Shown piece by piece: positions 22,686 to 33,484 of a stretch of DNA of 64,000 bases. A program made the translations under genes and the position numbers. Numbering within the stretch: position 1 is the stretch's first letter; each line of letters opens with the position of its first letter. The notes beneath the pieces are model-generated. The model was given only the letters and a program-made list of their open reading frames with translations, was not told the DNA's origin and ran no database searches. Source of the stretch: Actinobacteria bacterium UBA7524 (lineage in GTDB: Bacteria > Actinomycetota > Coriobacteriia > Anaerosomatales > UBA912). The stretch lies in assembly GCA_002478275.1 (NCBI GenBank), contig DLMY01000031.1, positions 62,001-126,000 of the forward strand. The letters run 5' to 3'.

Positions 22686-25600
22686 CTAGCCACCCAGCAA
22701 CGTGACGCGCACCTCGTGTTCGGCGCCGTCGCGTGCCAGCGGCACGAGCAGCCCGGGGAGGTCCTCGCCGTCCAGTGCCACGCGCTCGACACCGCGGTTC
22801 ACGCCACGGGGATTCTCCACGGTGATCCGGTAGAGGGTGCCTTGGTCCCGGTACTCAAGTTCATAGCTCTTCCATGACCTCGGGATGCAGGGATCGACCC
22901 TCAGATGTCGCTTCTCGTCCTTGACCACGACCCATAAGCCCAGGTGGTGACGTATCACCACTTGATAGAACCATGAGGCCGAGCCGGTGTACCAGGTCCA
23001 GCCGCCACGGCCCACGTGCGGCTCTGCTGCATAGACATCGGCGGCGACGACGTAGGGTTCTACCTTGTAGACATCGGCCGCTTCCCGGGTCAGGGCGTGC
23101 TTCACCGGGTTGATCAGGTCGAGGAGCCCATGTGCCTCGTCACCGTCACCCTGGAGGAGGTAGGCCAGCACCACCCATACGGCTGCATGGGTGTACTGGC
23201 CGCCGTTCTCCCGCACGCCCGGCACGTAGCCCTTGATGTAGCCGGGGTCGTGTTCCATCTTGTCGAACGGCGGCGCCAGCAGTGCCACGATCCCGGTCTC
23301 GCGCTTGATGAGCTTCTCCTCGACCGCGTCGAGTGCGCGCTGTGCGCGGTTCGGGTCGCCGCTTCCGGAGATCGTAGCCCAGGCCTGCGCGATCGCATCG
23401 ATCCGGCACTCCTCGGCATGCCGGGTTCCCAGAGGCGTGCCGTCATCGAAGTAAGCGCGGCGGTACCATGAGCCGTCCCAGCCCTCGGACTCGACGGCCT
23501 GGATGAAGCGCTTCGCGCGTTCGCGGTACTCGGAAGCCCGCTCGGGTTCGTCCATCAGCTCGCACAGTGGTGCGAAGCGCCGGAGCACCACGTCGAGGAA
23601 CCAGCCGAGCCACACGCTCTCTCCCGTACCATCGATGCCTACCCGGTTCATGCCGTCGTTCCAGTCNNNNNNNNNNNNNNNNNNNNNNNNNNNNNNNNNN
23701 NNNNNNNNNNNNNNNNNNNNNNNNNNNNNNNNNNNNNNNNNNNNNNNNNNNNNNNNNNNNNNNNNNNNNNNNNNNNNNNATGCCGTCGTTCCAGTCGCCG
23801 CCTCCCATCAGCGGCAGACCGTGCGGACCCGTCCCTGCTCCCGCCTCCAGCGCCGCGACGCAGTGCTCGTAGACGGTCGCCGCTTGCTCGGACGTTGTGG
23901 GCTGCATGTAGTTGTCCTCGCGACCCTCCTCGAGCGGCGGTCCTTCGATGAACGCCGTGCGTTCGTGCAATACGCTGGTGTCCCCGGTCGCCTCGACGTA
24001 CTCGGCGACGACATAGGGCAGCCAGTGCCGGTCGTCCGTGATGCGTGTGCGTACCCCCCGGCCCGAGACCGGCTGCCACCAGTGCAGCACGTCGCCTTCG
24101 GGGAATTGGTGCCTGCTGGCTTCCACGATCTGTTCGCGCACGAGGTCCGGCCGCGCGACCATCAGGGCGAGTACATCCTGGAGCTGGTCGCGGAAACCGT
24201 ACGCGCCGCTGCTCTGGTATGTCGCTGTGCGGCCCCACAAGCGGCAGGCGAGGGCCTGGTACAGAAGCCGCTCGTTGACGAGAAGGTCGAGAGCGGGATC
24301 GGGCGTCTTGGCCTGTACCGTGCCGAGGAGATCCCGCCACATCCCCCTCGCTTCTTCGAGTGCAGCATCGACTTCGCCCGGCATCCGGTACTTCGCCACC
24401 AGATCACGTGACTCGTCCAGGGTAGGTGTCTGGCCGAGCAGGAACGTCACGACCACGGATGCCCCAGGCTCCAGCTCGAGCTGTGTCATGAGCGCGCCGC
24501 AGTTGTCGTGGTAGCGGCCCGTGTGTCGCCCGAGCTCCCTGCGGTGCATCGCGGCGGGATCGGAGGGTCTGCGATTGCGGCCTACGAACTCGGTCCGGCT
24601 TCCGGTGAAGGAATGAAGCGGCCTGTCGCATGCCAGGAACGCCGCGCGGCCCGGGAAGTCCGGGTTGTGGTGATTGTGGGCGGTGAGCGTCTCGCGTTCC
24701 GCGTCGTACCAGGTGACGACGAGGTGCTGCGCCTTGCTGCGTGAGTTGCCGAGCACCCACTCGACGAACTGAGTGACGGACAGGCGTCGCGTGCGATCGG
24801 TGAGGTTCTCCAGCTTCAGACGAGCGACCCGCACCGGGTCTTCGACCGGCACGAACAGGTCGAGGGTGCTTGCGATCCCGTGTGATGTGTGTTCGAAGCG
24901 ACTCGAACCCTTCGAATGACGGACCATGTAGGGCGCAGTCCCACGGACCGGCAGCGGGGTGGGGCTCCAGAACTGGCCGGTCTCCTCGTCGCGCAGGTAG
25001 ATGACCTCGCCGCTGCCGTCGGAGACGGGATCGTTGTTCCAGGTGGTGATTCGGTTCTCGTGGCTGTTCTCCGCCCACGTGCAGGCGATGCCCGCCTCGC
25101 TGACCATCGTGCCGAAGCGCGGTGAAGCCATCACGTTGATCCACGGTGCGGGCGTCACGGTGCTCTCATCAAGGACCATCACGTAGTCGCCGGTCTCAGG
25201 GTCGAAGCCGCCGTAGCTGTTGTCGTAGAGAAGCTCGGGACGCGCGAACGGCGGTTGCGGGTCATCCTGTGCGGGACGCGAGGGCACCAGCCGGGGAGGT
25301 TCGACCGGGCGAGTCGCCCTGCGGTTGAGCTGGACTTCAAGAGCCCCGCCGTCACCTTCCAGCGTCGCGCGGGCGACGGACAGCAGCAGGTTCATCACGT
25401 CGGGGTGCATCTGGTCCGCACGGCGCAGGTAGACCCCGCCCGGCTTGTCGACCAGTTGCAGCGCGTGCCCGGTTCGCACCAGAAGACGCAGGCGCTCGTC
25501 GAGCTCATCGGCGTAGGAGGTCGGGCGCGTGTTCAGAACGACCAGGTCGGCGACGAGCCCTTTGTGACGCCAATACTGGTGGGCGAGAAGCGCCTGGCGC

Positions 25601-28600
25601 ACCAGAGGCGTGTGCTCCAGGTCTTCGATCCGGACAAGGAGTATCGGGTAGTCGCCCGAGACCCCGATCGACCAGAGCCCGGAGAGCGGCAGACCGTTCT
25701 CAGTCGGAGTCTTCACCTTCAGAACGGAGTGGGGGTCTGTCAGTAGCAGTCGAGACGCGAGTCGCTGGAGCGTCACGGCTTCCTGGGGAGTGATGCCGAG
25801 GTCCCGCAGTTCGATCTGTGCTGTGGTCCAGGCCAGGTCGATCGCCCTTTGCGCGCTGCGGACGTCGTGATACGTCTCCGCGAGACGAAGCGCTGCCTCG
25901 CGCGTGTCCGCCACACCTGTCACGAACACCAGGCGCACGCTCGAACCGGCGGGGATCGTGACGCCCTGGCGGATCGCGCACGCGGGATCCAGGACCGCGC
26001 CTGTCGTTCTGGAGAGCGGGCCTCCTGCGACTACTGCAGCGGGTGCGTCGGTGCCGTTGAGGCGGCCGATGAACCTGGCCCGGTCCGTCTCGTAGGACCA
26101 TTCGCACTTCTCTTCGGCCTCGCACGCCATGACATGCAGACCGAAGGGCCGGGGTTCCTCGGCGGAGCGGGGTCTGCGGGAGAAGACGATCGCGTGCAGG
26201 TGCTCGATCGCCTCGGTCTCGACGAAGAGGTTCGAGAAAGACTTGTGCATCTGGTCGGCCGCCTGGTCGGCGAGTGAGATCTCGAAGTAAGAGGTGACCT
26301 CGATGCGGCGCGGCTCCCGGCTGCGATTCGCCAGTGTCAGGCGCCTGACTTCGACATCGTCTTCCGGGGAGACTGATACTTCCACGTGTGTTTCGATATC
26401 GCCGTCGACGCGGCGATACTCGGCCTTGTCCGCCGAGTAGGTCACGTGGTAATCCTCGGGCTTCAGGATCCCCGGGTTGTGGGCGGCAGTCCAGATCACA
26501 TCGTTGTCGACATCACGCAGGTAGAAGAACTGGCCCCAGCAGTCCCGCGTCACGTCCTCCCGGTAGCGGGTGACCGCCATGTCCTGCCAGCGGCTGTATC
26601 CGCCGCCGCCGTTGGTCACCATTACGGAGTAGCGCCCGTTGGACAGGAAGTGAGTGGACGGCACAGGCGTATCCGCGAGGGGGTACGCTCGAATGACGGG
26701 AGGCGGCAACTCGCGAACGGAGCGGACGTGCTTGACCTCCTCCACATGGGGCTGTGTGAGCTGGGCGCGGCTGGGAACGCGCTCCTGGAGCAGCAGTTCG
26801 GCCGAGCCGACCATCGGGTCGCCGTGGAAGCGGTCGTGCATGCGGTACCCGGTCAGTTCGTTGCCGATGGCTACCAGGCTCATCCCCTGGTGGTGGGCGA
26901 AGTACGCGCGCACCACGGCGCGCCGAGCGCCAGCAGGCACTCGTCCTGGCGTGTAGTCGAGCGCCTCGTAATAGCCGTAACGGCCGCGTCCGCCCTGTTC
27001 GGCGAGTACGCGCAGGTTCTCGTACGCCTCACTCGCACTCACCGGAAGCGCAAGCACCGTCGCGTAGGGCGCGATGACGATATCGTCCGACAGGCCGCGC
27101 TTGAGTCCCAGGCCCGGCACGCCGAAAGCCTGGTACTGATAGACGAGTGCAGCGTCCTTCGCGTTGAAAGCGGACTCCGAGACCCCCCAGGGCACGCCGC
27201 GCTCCTGGCCGTACTGTATCTGCCGCTTCACGACGGAACGAACTGTCTCGTCGAGCATGGTCAGCGGCCAGGTGCGCATGACGAGCATCGGCATGAGGTA
27301 CTCGAACATCGAAGCGCTCCACGACAGTAGCGCGCGCCCTCCCGCAGTGCCGGTCACGGCCCGGCCGAGCCGGAACCAGTGCTCCTGGGGCACATCGCCC
27401 TTCGCGATCGCAAGGAAGCTCGCCAGCCTGCATTCGCTTGCGAGCATGTCGTAGTACGAGGGGTCGAGCCTGCCCTCGGCGGTGTTGAAGCCGATGGAGA
27501 ANNNNNNNNNNNNNNNNNNNNNNNNNNNNNNNNNNNNNNNNNNNNNNNNNNNNNNNNNNNNNNNNNNNNNNNNNNNNNNNNNNNNNNNNNNNNNNNNNNN
27601 NNNNNNNNNNNNNNNNGCGGTGTTGAAGCCGATGGAGAAGAGCAGCCGTCGCGCGTCGAACAACAGGCGGAAGTCCGTGTGCTCCCACATCTGTCGCGCG
27701 ATCGCCGCATCAAGACGTAGGCGACCGAGCAGTTCCTGGCAGTCGGGCCGGGCGGCCCTGATACCGTTGGCGACTTCCGAGGCCCAGCGCGCGGCCTCCT
27801 GCCGTTCTTCTGCCGAGGAACCCGGAGGATCGTCAGCGAAAGAGTCGAGGACCTGCAGCACGACTTCGAGACCCTCCGCCAGTCCGACCAGGCTCGGGAC
27901 GTAGTCGAGTATCGGCGCGAGCTGAGGCCAGCGTGGGTCCGATGCGACAGCTACCGGGACCCGGGTCAGGGATTCCGCCCACGGCGCCAGGTCTTCGAGG
28001 AGGACGCGAGCCTTGCTGACGCGCTCCTCGATCGCGTGTATCGAGGCGCGCACTCTTGCCAGGGGTGATGCCGGGTGAGGAGTGCCCGTTGTAGCGTCCG
28101 GGTCCCCGTCCTCCAGCTCACAGGCTGAAGCGGTGGCGGCCTTGACCAGGGTCTCCAGACGGGCAAGCAGAGCGCTCCAGGCGCCGAGGTCGACGAGTTC
28201 TTCGTCCAGGGCGACGTCACGCTCGAGTTCATCGAGGCTCTCACGCAGCAGGCGTACGGTTTCGTCCGGACTCAGTCTGTCCCTGTCGACGAACAGGTCC
28301 TCGATCGCCAACGAGATCGTGTCCACGAGTCCTTCCAGCAGCTGTTTGTCGAGCAAGGGGCCTTCCGAGGCCTCCAGGAGCCCCATTCGCAGCACCAGAA
28401 GATGTCCCGCGAGGTTGCCACTGTCGACCGTCGAGATGTATTTGGGAGGGAGTGGTTCGAGTGTGCGACAGTCGTACCAGTTGTAGTAGTGGCCTCCGAA
28501 GCGTTCGAGTCCCACCATCGTGTTGAGTGTGTCGGCGGTACGGGAGATCAGTTCTCGCAGCGTGACGTAGCCCAGGTCGAAGGCGGTCAGCGCTGAGAGC

Positions 28601-31600
28601 AGCTGCAGACCGATGTTGGTCGGCGATGTCCGCCACGCGACCTCCCCGTTGGGATCTTCCTGGAAGTTGTCGGGCGCCAGGTGGTGGCCGTAAGGCGTCA
28701 CGAAGGTCTCGAAGAAGCGCCATGTCCTCCTGGCAGTGCGGCGCAGGTCACGGCGGGCGTGTCCGTCGAGCGGCTCGGGTTCGGTCACCCGTACTTGCGA
28801 GATCCGCCATGCGATGTATGGAGCCGATGCCCAGACTGCCGCCAGAAGCAGCGAGGGTGCGATCCGTTCCAGGTGCGTGACGCACCCGGGTATCAGTAGG
28901 GCGATCGCTACCGCCGAGGAAGGCGCGAGCCGCCTTGTGAATCCGGCCAGGTCGTCTTTGAGGCGCTTCTCGGCATCGGCCGCAGTCTCCCATTCCAGCA
29001 GACCGCGGTGCGAGACGGCCATACGCCACAGGGCTCGGCAGATGGCGTCGGTCATCACCTGGGCCTGATGCGGTATGAGCGCGAGTGTCAGCAGGGCCCG
29101 GGCGGAGTCCCTGCCGAACTCTCGCCATGCAGCTGCAGCGACCGTCGCGAAGGGGATGGTCGCTGGGCGTGCCACGATTGCGTCCGCCAGCGCGAAGTAG
29201 GCGGGGAAGAAGACCACAAGACCGAAGGCGAGAGGCCAGACCCACAACGGACCCGGCAGCAAGAACCATCCGAGCGTGATGAGGGCGAGCGATGAGGGGG
29301 CAACCAGACTTCGTCGCAGGTTGTCCAGTATCTTCCAACGATGCAGGCGGGAAAGCGGGTTCGGTGTCAGGCCGTGTTCGCCGCGGACGCGCGGAGTGAG
29401 CCAGGGAAGGGTTTGCCAGTCACCGCGGACCCAGCGGTGGAGCCGTGCCATGTGTGCGAGATAACTCGCCGGGTGATCGTCGAACACCTCCACATCGGAG
29501 GCCAGTGCGACGCGCAGGAAGCTTCCCTCGATCAGGTCGTGCGACAACAGGGTGTTCTCCGGGAAACGACCATCCAGCAGCGTGTTGAACAGACTGACCT
29601 CGTATATGCCTTTGCCGGTGAAACTCCCTTCACCGAACACGTCTTGATAGGTGTCGGACACCGCCCCGGCATACGGATCGATCCCGGTTGGACCTGAGTA
29701 CAGCCAGGCGAAGAATGAGCGGGACGATGCGGGCAGCGACATGCTGACCCGTGGTTGCACCAACCCGTAACCTCCGAGCACTCGCTCGTCTCCGGGTGCG
29801 ACCCTCGCGCGGTTGAGCGGGTGCGCGATCGTGCTGACGAGTTTGCGCGCTCCGTCGCGCGGCAGTACCGTGTCCGCATCGAGTGTCAGTACGAAAGTGA
29901 CCGCTCGCAAGAACTCTTCATCGCCGGTGACGTGCGCGAACGAGGTGTCCGAAGACGCCCGCAGCCAGTGATTGAGCTCCATCAGCGATCCGCGCTTGCG
30001 CTCCCATCCCATCCACGAGTTCTCTGCTTCGTTGAAGCGTCGCTCCCGAATGAACAGCGCGAACGGCCGCCTGCCGTGTTCCACCTCGTACCGCTCGTTG
30101 AGTGAGGCTATACCTTCGATAGCGGCCTCGATGATGGCGGCGTCTCCTACTACCCGCTGGTGTTCGGAGGCCCTCAGGTCGCCGAGGAGACCGAAGCCCA
30201 CGTTGTCGTCCCTATTGGCGAGGTACGCGACCTCCAGGTTGTCCAGCACTTTGCGCACCGCTGGAACGGACGTGATGAGCGCGGGAACTATCACGAGGGT
30301 GCGGTGTGACTCCGACAGGGGCTGAAGATAGTCGAGCTTCGGTAGTACCCGCGGTGGGAATACCCATGCAGAAAGCCGGTTGGTCATGCTCAACGCGAGG
30401 TCAGAGAGCGGGATCAGCGCCAGTAGCGCCACTATCGCCAGTGCCCTCGTGCCGGAGCCCTCAAGCAGCAGCCAGGTCGCCAGCATGCCAAGCAGGGCGA
30501 CGGTCAGAACGGCAAGAACACCCCAGTAGAACAGTCCCTTGTTGGCGAGAGGCCCTCGGTATAGCACCTCTCTGAAGTGCGGACGGTAGCGGACCGAGCG
30601 TTCGAACTTGAACCGGCTTGCGCTGATCAGGTAGTGGCCTACGTGCCCTGCCACCTGGTCGCTGGGGTCCGTGATCAGGGCTTGGACACAGTGAGAGATG
30701 ACTGCTTCGGCCACGGTGATCTCATCGAGGGGCGTCCGCCTGGCGAGAGACTCGAGCGCGTGCCGGTACCGGTCGCGGCTCTTGAAGTCCATACGGGGGT
30801 AGACCCCTGATGGGTCCTGCCTCAGGATCTGTTCGACGACACAGGCGGTCTCGAAGAACGTCCGCCATTCGTAGGCGTCGAGGAAGCGGATGGACGTGAT
30901 GGTGTTCGCGATGGATATCTGGTCAGCGGCTTGCGCCTGCTGCAGGTCGTGAGCCAGTTGGTCGAGTGTGATCCCAAGGGCAGACAGCCGCCGCTCCAAC
31001 CACGCCCCGATAGGCTCGACCCCGATGTCTTGTCCGCTCAGGCGCTGAGAGAGCCTCATGAGGAACACCGGAGACGCCTTGGCCACTTCCGATTCCAGGG
31101 CATCGATCAACTCGCGAAGGCTCTCGGTCTGTTCGGGGGCGGCGAGCAAGAGCCTGTCTGCCCAGACATCCGCCCTTCGTCCGGCGACGTGCGCCTCGGC
31201 GACACTCCGAGCCAGCCGGCGTGCGTTCTCGACGAGAGCCACGCGCAACATGATCGGGACCGCCCACACTTCACCGATGGACCATGGGCTCGAGTCCTGG
31301 AAACCGTCGCTGAACTCAAGCAGGTACTCTTCATCGATGCGCGCGTCGGTGTGTGCTATGAGCGTGACCGCGCATGCGTACACTCGGGGCAGTCCGGCGA
31401 ATGGACCCTCGAGCACCCGCGGCAGTTCGCGTCCGTATCCCGACGGCAGATCGGAACGTACCGTTTGCACCTGCTCCTCGATGAGATAGTAGTTGTCGAG
31501 GAGCCATTCGCTCGCCGGCGAGATGGGGTGCTGAAGACGTACCGCTTCGGCTAACAAGGAGTTGTGGCTGCCCATCTCGGCCCCGGCATCGTCGACCATC

Positions 31601-31758
31601 TGGCGCAGCGGAGTGTCCCGCGTTGCCGGGGTCGTGCTCCATGTCAGTTGTTCGGCCAGCTCCCGGGCGCGCACTCTGAGACGTTCGGCAGTCAGCAGGG
31701 TGGCGCGGAAGGGGCCCGAATCGGCAACGGTCTGTGTATTCGGCGCCTGGAAGGGCAC
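22686..31758 (-). CDS. ndvB: Cyclic beta-1,2-glucan synthase (NdvB/ChvB/Cgs-like), ~2934 aa once two gap overlaps are collapsed
   Basis: WERKRG, LDADT, SHDLIEG, RLHRWVRGDWQ (GT domain); TSPTNIG, WSASMFEY, PWGVSES; GH94-like GFRDQLQD, GDWNDGMNRVG (rebuilt across gap), RENGGQYTH, WTWYTGSA; 9073-268=8805 nt in frame. Confidence 0.9.
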
Positions 31759-31884
31759 AGCTCACTCCCCTGATCGGCCGCGTGGGCCGGTCGCTGTTGG
31801 TCGTATCCTTGCTAAGCAAGGTGGCAACGCGATAGGTGTATTATCCACAACGGCGGCGGGGAGAGGACAGGGTACTGGCGACTA

Positions 31885-31902
31885 TATACCCCAGGGGGTA
31901 TA
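31885..31902. promoter_or_regulatory. CsoR/CstR/RicR-type operator overlapping -10
   Basis: Perfect palindrome TATACCCC-AG-GGGGTATA overlapping TATACT 31899-31904, 40 nt upstream of the rhodanese ATG. Confidence 0.75.
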
Positions 31903-31941
31903 CTGAGCGCACATCGGCAAAGAGTCAGGAGTCATGATCTC

Positions 31942-32649
31942 ATGAAGAACCCAGGCAAGATCGCCATATGGGCAGTCATAGGGATAGCGGTGCTGGTCAT
32001 AGGCTTCATGGCATTCTCGCCGGCGGAAGGCACGGTCGAGAATGTCGATGCGAGGAGACTGGCAGACCTCGTCGCTTCCGGCGTGAGGGTGATAGACGTC
32101 CGAACGGAAGGTGAGTACGCGGCCGGGCACATCGCAGGTGCAGAGCTCGTACCGATCGACCGGTTCGCTCAGGCGGCGGCTACATGGGACCGCACTGTGC
32201 CGCTCGCGGTGTACTGTGCGACCGGACAGCGCTCGACGACTGCAGTGAACCACCTGTCCGGCCAGGGATTCGAGAAGGTATATCACTTCAATGCCGGACT
32301 CGTGGCCTGGAGCGGAACACTGGAAAGAGGTGCCACTGCCGCGGCGCCAGCCCCAGAGCCGACAGCCAGTGCGCTGCCGGTCGTCTACGAGTTCTTCACT
32401 GACACTTGACCCGCCTGCGTCCAGGTGAAGCCTGTGGTCGACAGGCTGGTCAAGGAGTATGAGGGCAAGATTGAGTTCAGGCTCCTCAACGCGGGTACCG
32501 ACGCTGAAGCCACTGATCTGATGATGAGATTCGGAGTGACGGCCGTGCCGACGTTCGTGTTCCTCGGCAGTGATGGCGCGAACGAGGGCAAGATCATCGG
32601 GGCGGCGTCCGAGCAGGAACTGCGCGCCAAGCTCGACTCGCTCAAGTGA
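31942..32649 (+). CDS. Selenocysteine-containing rhodanese-thioredoxin fusion (235 aa, Sec156, UPAC)
   Basis: ORFs 31942..32409 and 32425..32649 share a frame; TGA 32407 sits at the first Cys of a Trx CxxC (YEFFTDT-U-PAC); rhodanese IDVR, GHIAGA, CATGQRS; Trx VPTFVF. Confidence 0.88.
32406..32453 (+). promoter_or_regulatory. Bacterial SECIS-like element
   Basis: AGCCTGT-GGTCG-ACAGGCT hairpin (32429-32447), loop starts with G 26 nt after UGA; lower stem TTGACC/GGTCAA. Confidence 0.75.
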
Positions 32650-32691
32650 CGTTGGTGTTGGACGCTCGTGCGACGTGGGTATATTCATTAC

Positions 32692-33124
32692 ATACCGGGT
32701 CTGAGCCCGGAAGGTACGTTGATAACGGCAAAGGAGTAGACCCGGTGACAGAAGTCGTTTCAGGCCGGGATGGCAGATGAAGGCCTCTGGATCGGCCCAG
32801 GACTGAAAGAGTCGGTACGTAGAGAGTCACTGTACTGTCGGTTCGATCGGTAAGGGCGCCGGAGAGGCGCCGACTTGTGGGATCGTATTGTAGGAAGCGA
32901 GTCGGGTCACCAGAGAGTCGGGCATAAGCCTCTGGATCGAAGAGGGTGCGGCCGAGAGGGACCGCTCACTCGGCCAAGAGCCCTCAAGGATATCCCTTTG
33001 GAGGGGACCCTCAGGCGGTGCGAAGGTCATCCCGGCATCACCAAGCAGTGAAACCGGCTACTCTGAATGGTCGTTACAGTCGATATCTGCGTGGCCCACG
33101 GGTTGGTACCGTGGGCCACGTTTT
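32692..33124 (+). ncRNA. Candidate large structured ncRNA (6S/Ms1-like topology, family unassigned)
   Basis: TTGGAC-N16-TATATT promoter at 32658-32685, nested long-range helices, no credible ORF, perfect terminator. Confidence 0.7.
33090..33124 (+). terminator. Intrinsic terminator
   Basis: CGTGGCCCACGG-N7-CCGTGGGCCACG followed by TTTT. Confidence 0.9.
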
Positions 33125-33197
33125 GTATCGCGCATGCTATAGTGTGTGTCCGTTCGGACCGTCCGGCGCTTCGCCGGTGCGCTCCGGGTGAGACTAT

Positions 33198-33272
33198 GGG
33201 CGAGTGGCGCAACGGGAGCGCACCTGCTTTGCACGCAGGGGGTTGTCGGTTCGAATCCGATCTCGTCCACCA
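33198..33272 (+). tRNA. tRNA-Ala(TGC)
   Basis: Acceptor GGGCGAG/CTCGTCC with G3:U70, CCTGC-TTTGCAC-GCAGG anticodon arm, TTCGAAT T-loop, CCA; TGCTATAGT extended -10 upstream. Confidence 0.95.
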
Positions 33273-33434
33273 NNNNNNNNNNNNNNNNNNNNNNNNNNNN
33301 NNNNNNNNNNNNNNNNNNNNNNNNNNNNNNNNNNNNNNNNNNNNNNNNNNNNNNNNNNNNNNNNNNNNNNNNNNNNNNNNNNNNNNNNNNNNNNNNNNNN
33401 NTTCGAATCCGATCTCGTCCACCATGAGAAGTCG

Positions 33435-33469
33435 AGGCGGCTTGCCACCGGGGTGGTGGGCCGCCTTTT
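33435..33469 (+). terminator. Intrinsic terminator after tRNA-Ala
   Basis: AGGCGGC...GCCGCCT stem with inner CCACC/GGTGG followed by T tract. Confidence 0.75.
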
Positions 33470-33484
33470 GCGAGAGGACCGGCC

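Noticed and set aside
22686..23651. Separate 321-aa glycoside hydrolase ORF / ndvB pseudogene
   Set aside because: It is the C-terminus of ndvB; the frameshift comes from 113 N plus a 17-nt duplicate
32425..32649. Stand-alone 74-aa thioredoxin lacking CxxC
   Set aside because: Its active site lies upstream across the in-frame UGA; part of the Sec fusion
32692..33090. RNase P, tmRNA, SRP or group II intron assignment
   Set aside because: No GAGGAAAGTCC, no tRNA-like CCA end or tag ORF, no SRP helix-8 consensus, no recognisable domain V
33402..33424. Duplicated tRNA-Ala 3' end, resembling attR of an integrated element
   Set aside because: All six gaps show the same 17-23 nt end duplication and no integrase is present; most likely a scaffolding artefact, though a strain-variable insertion cannot be excluded without reads
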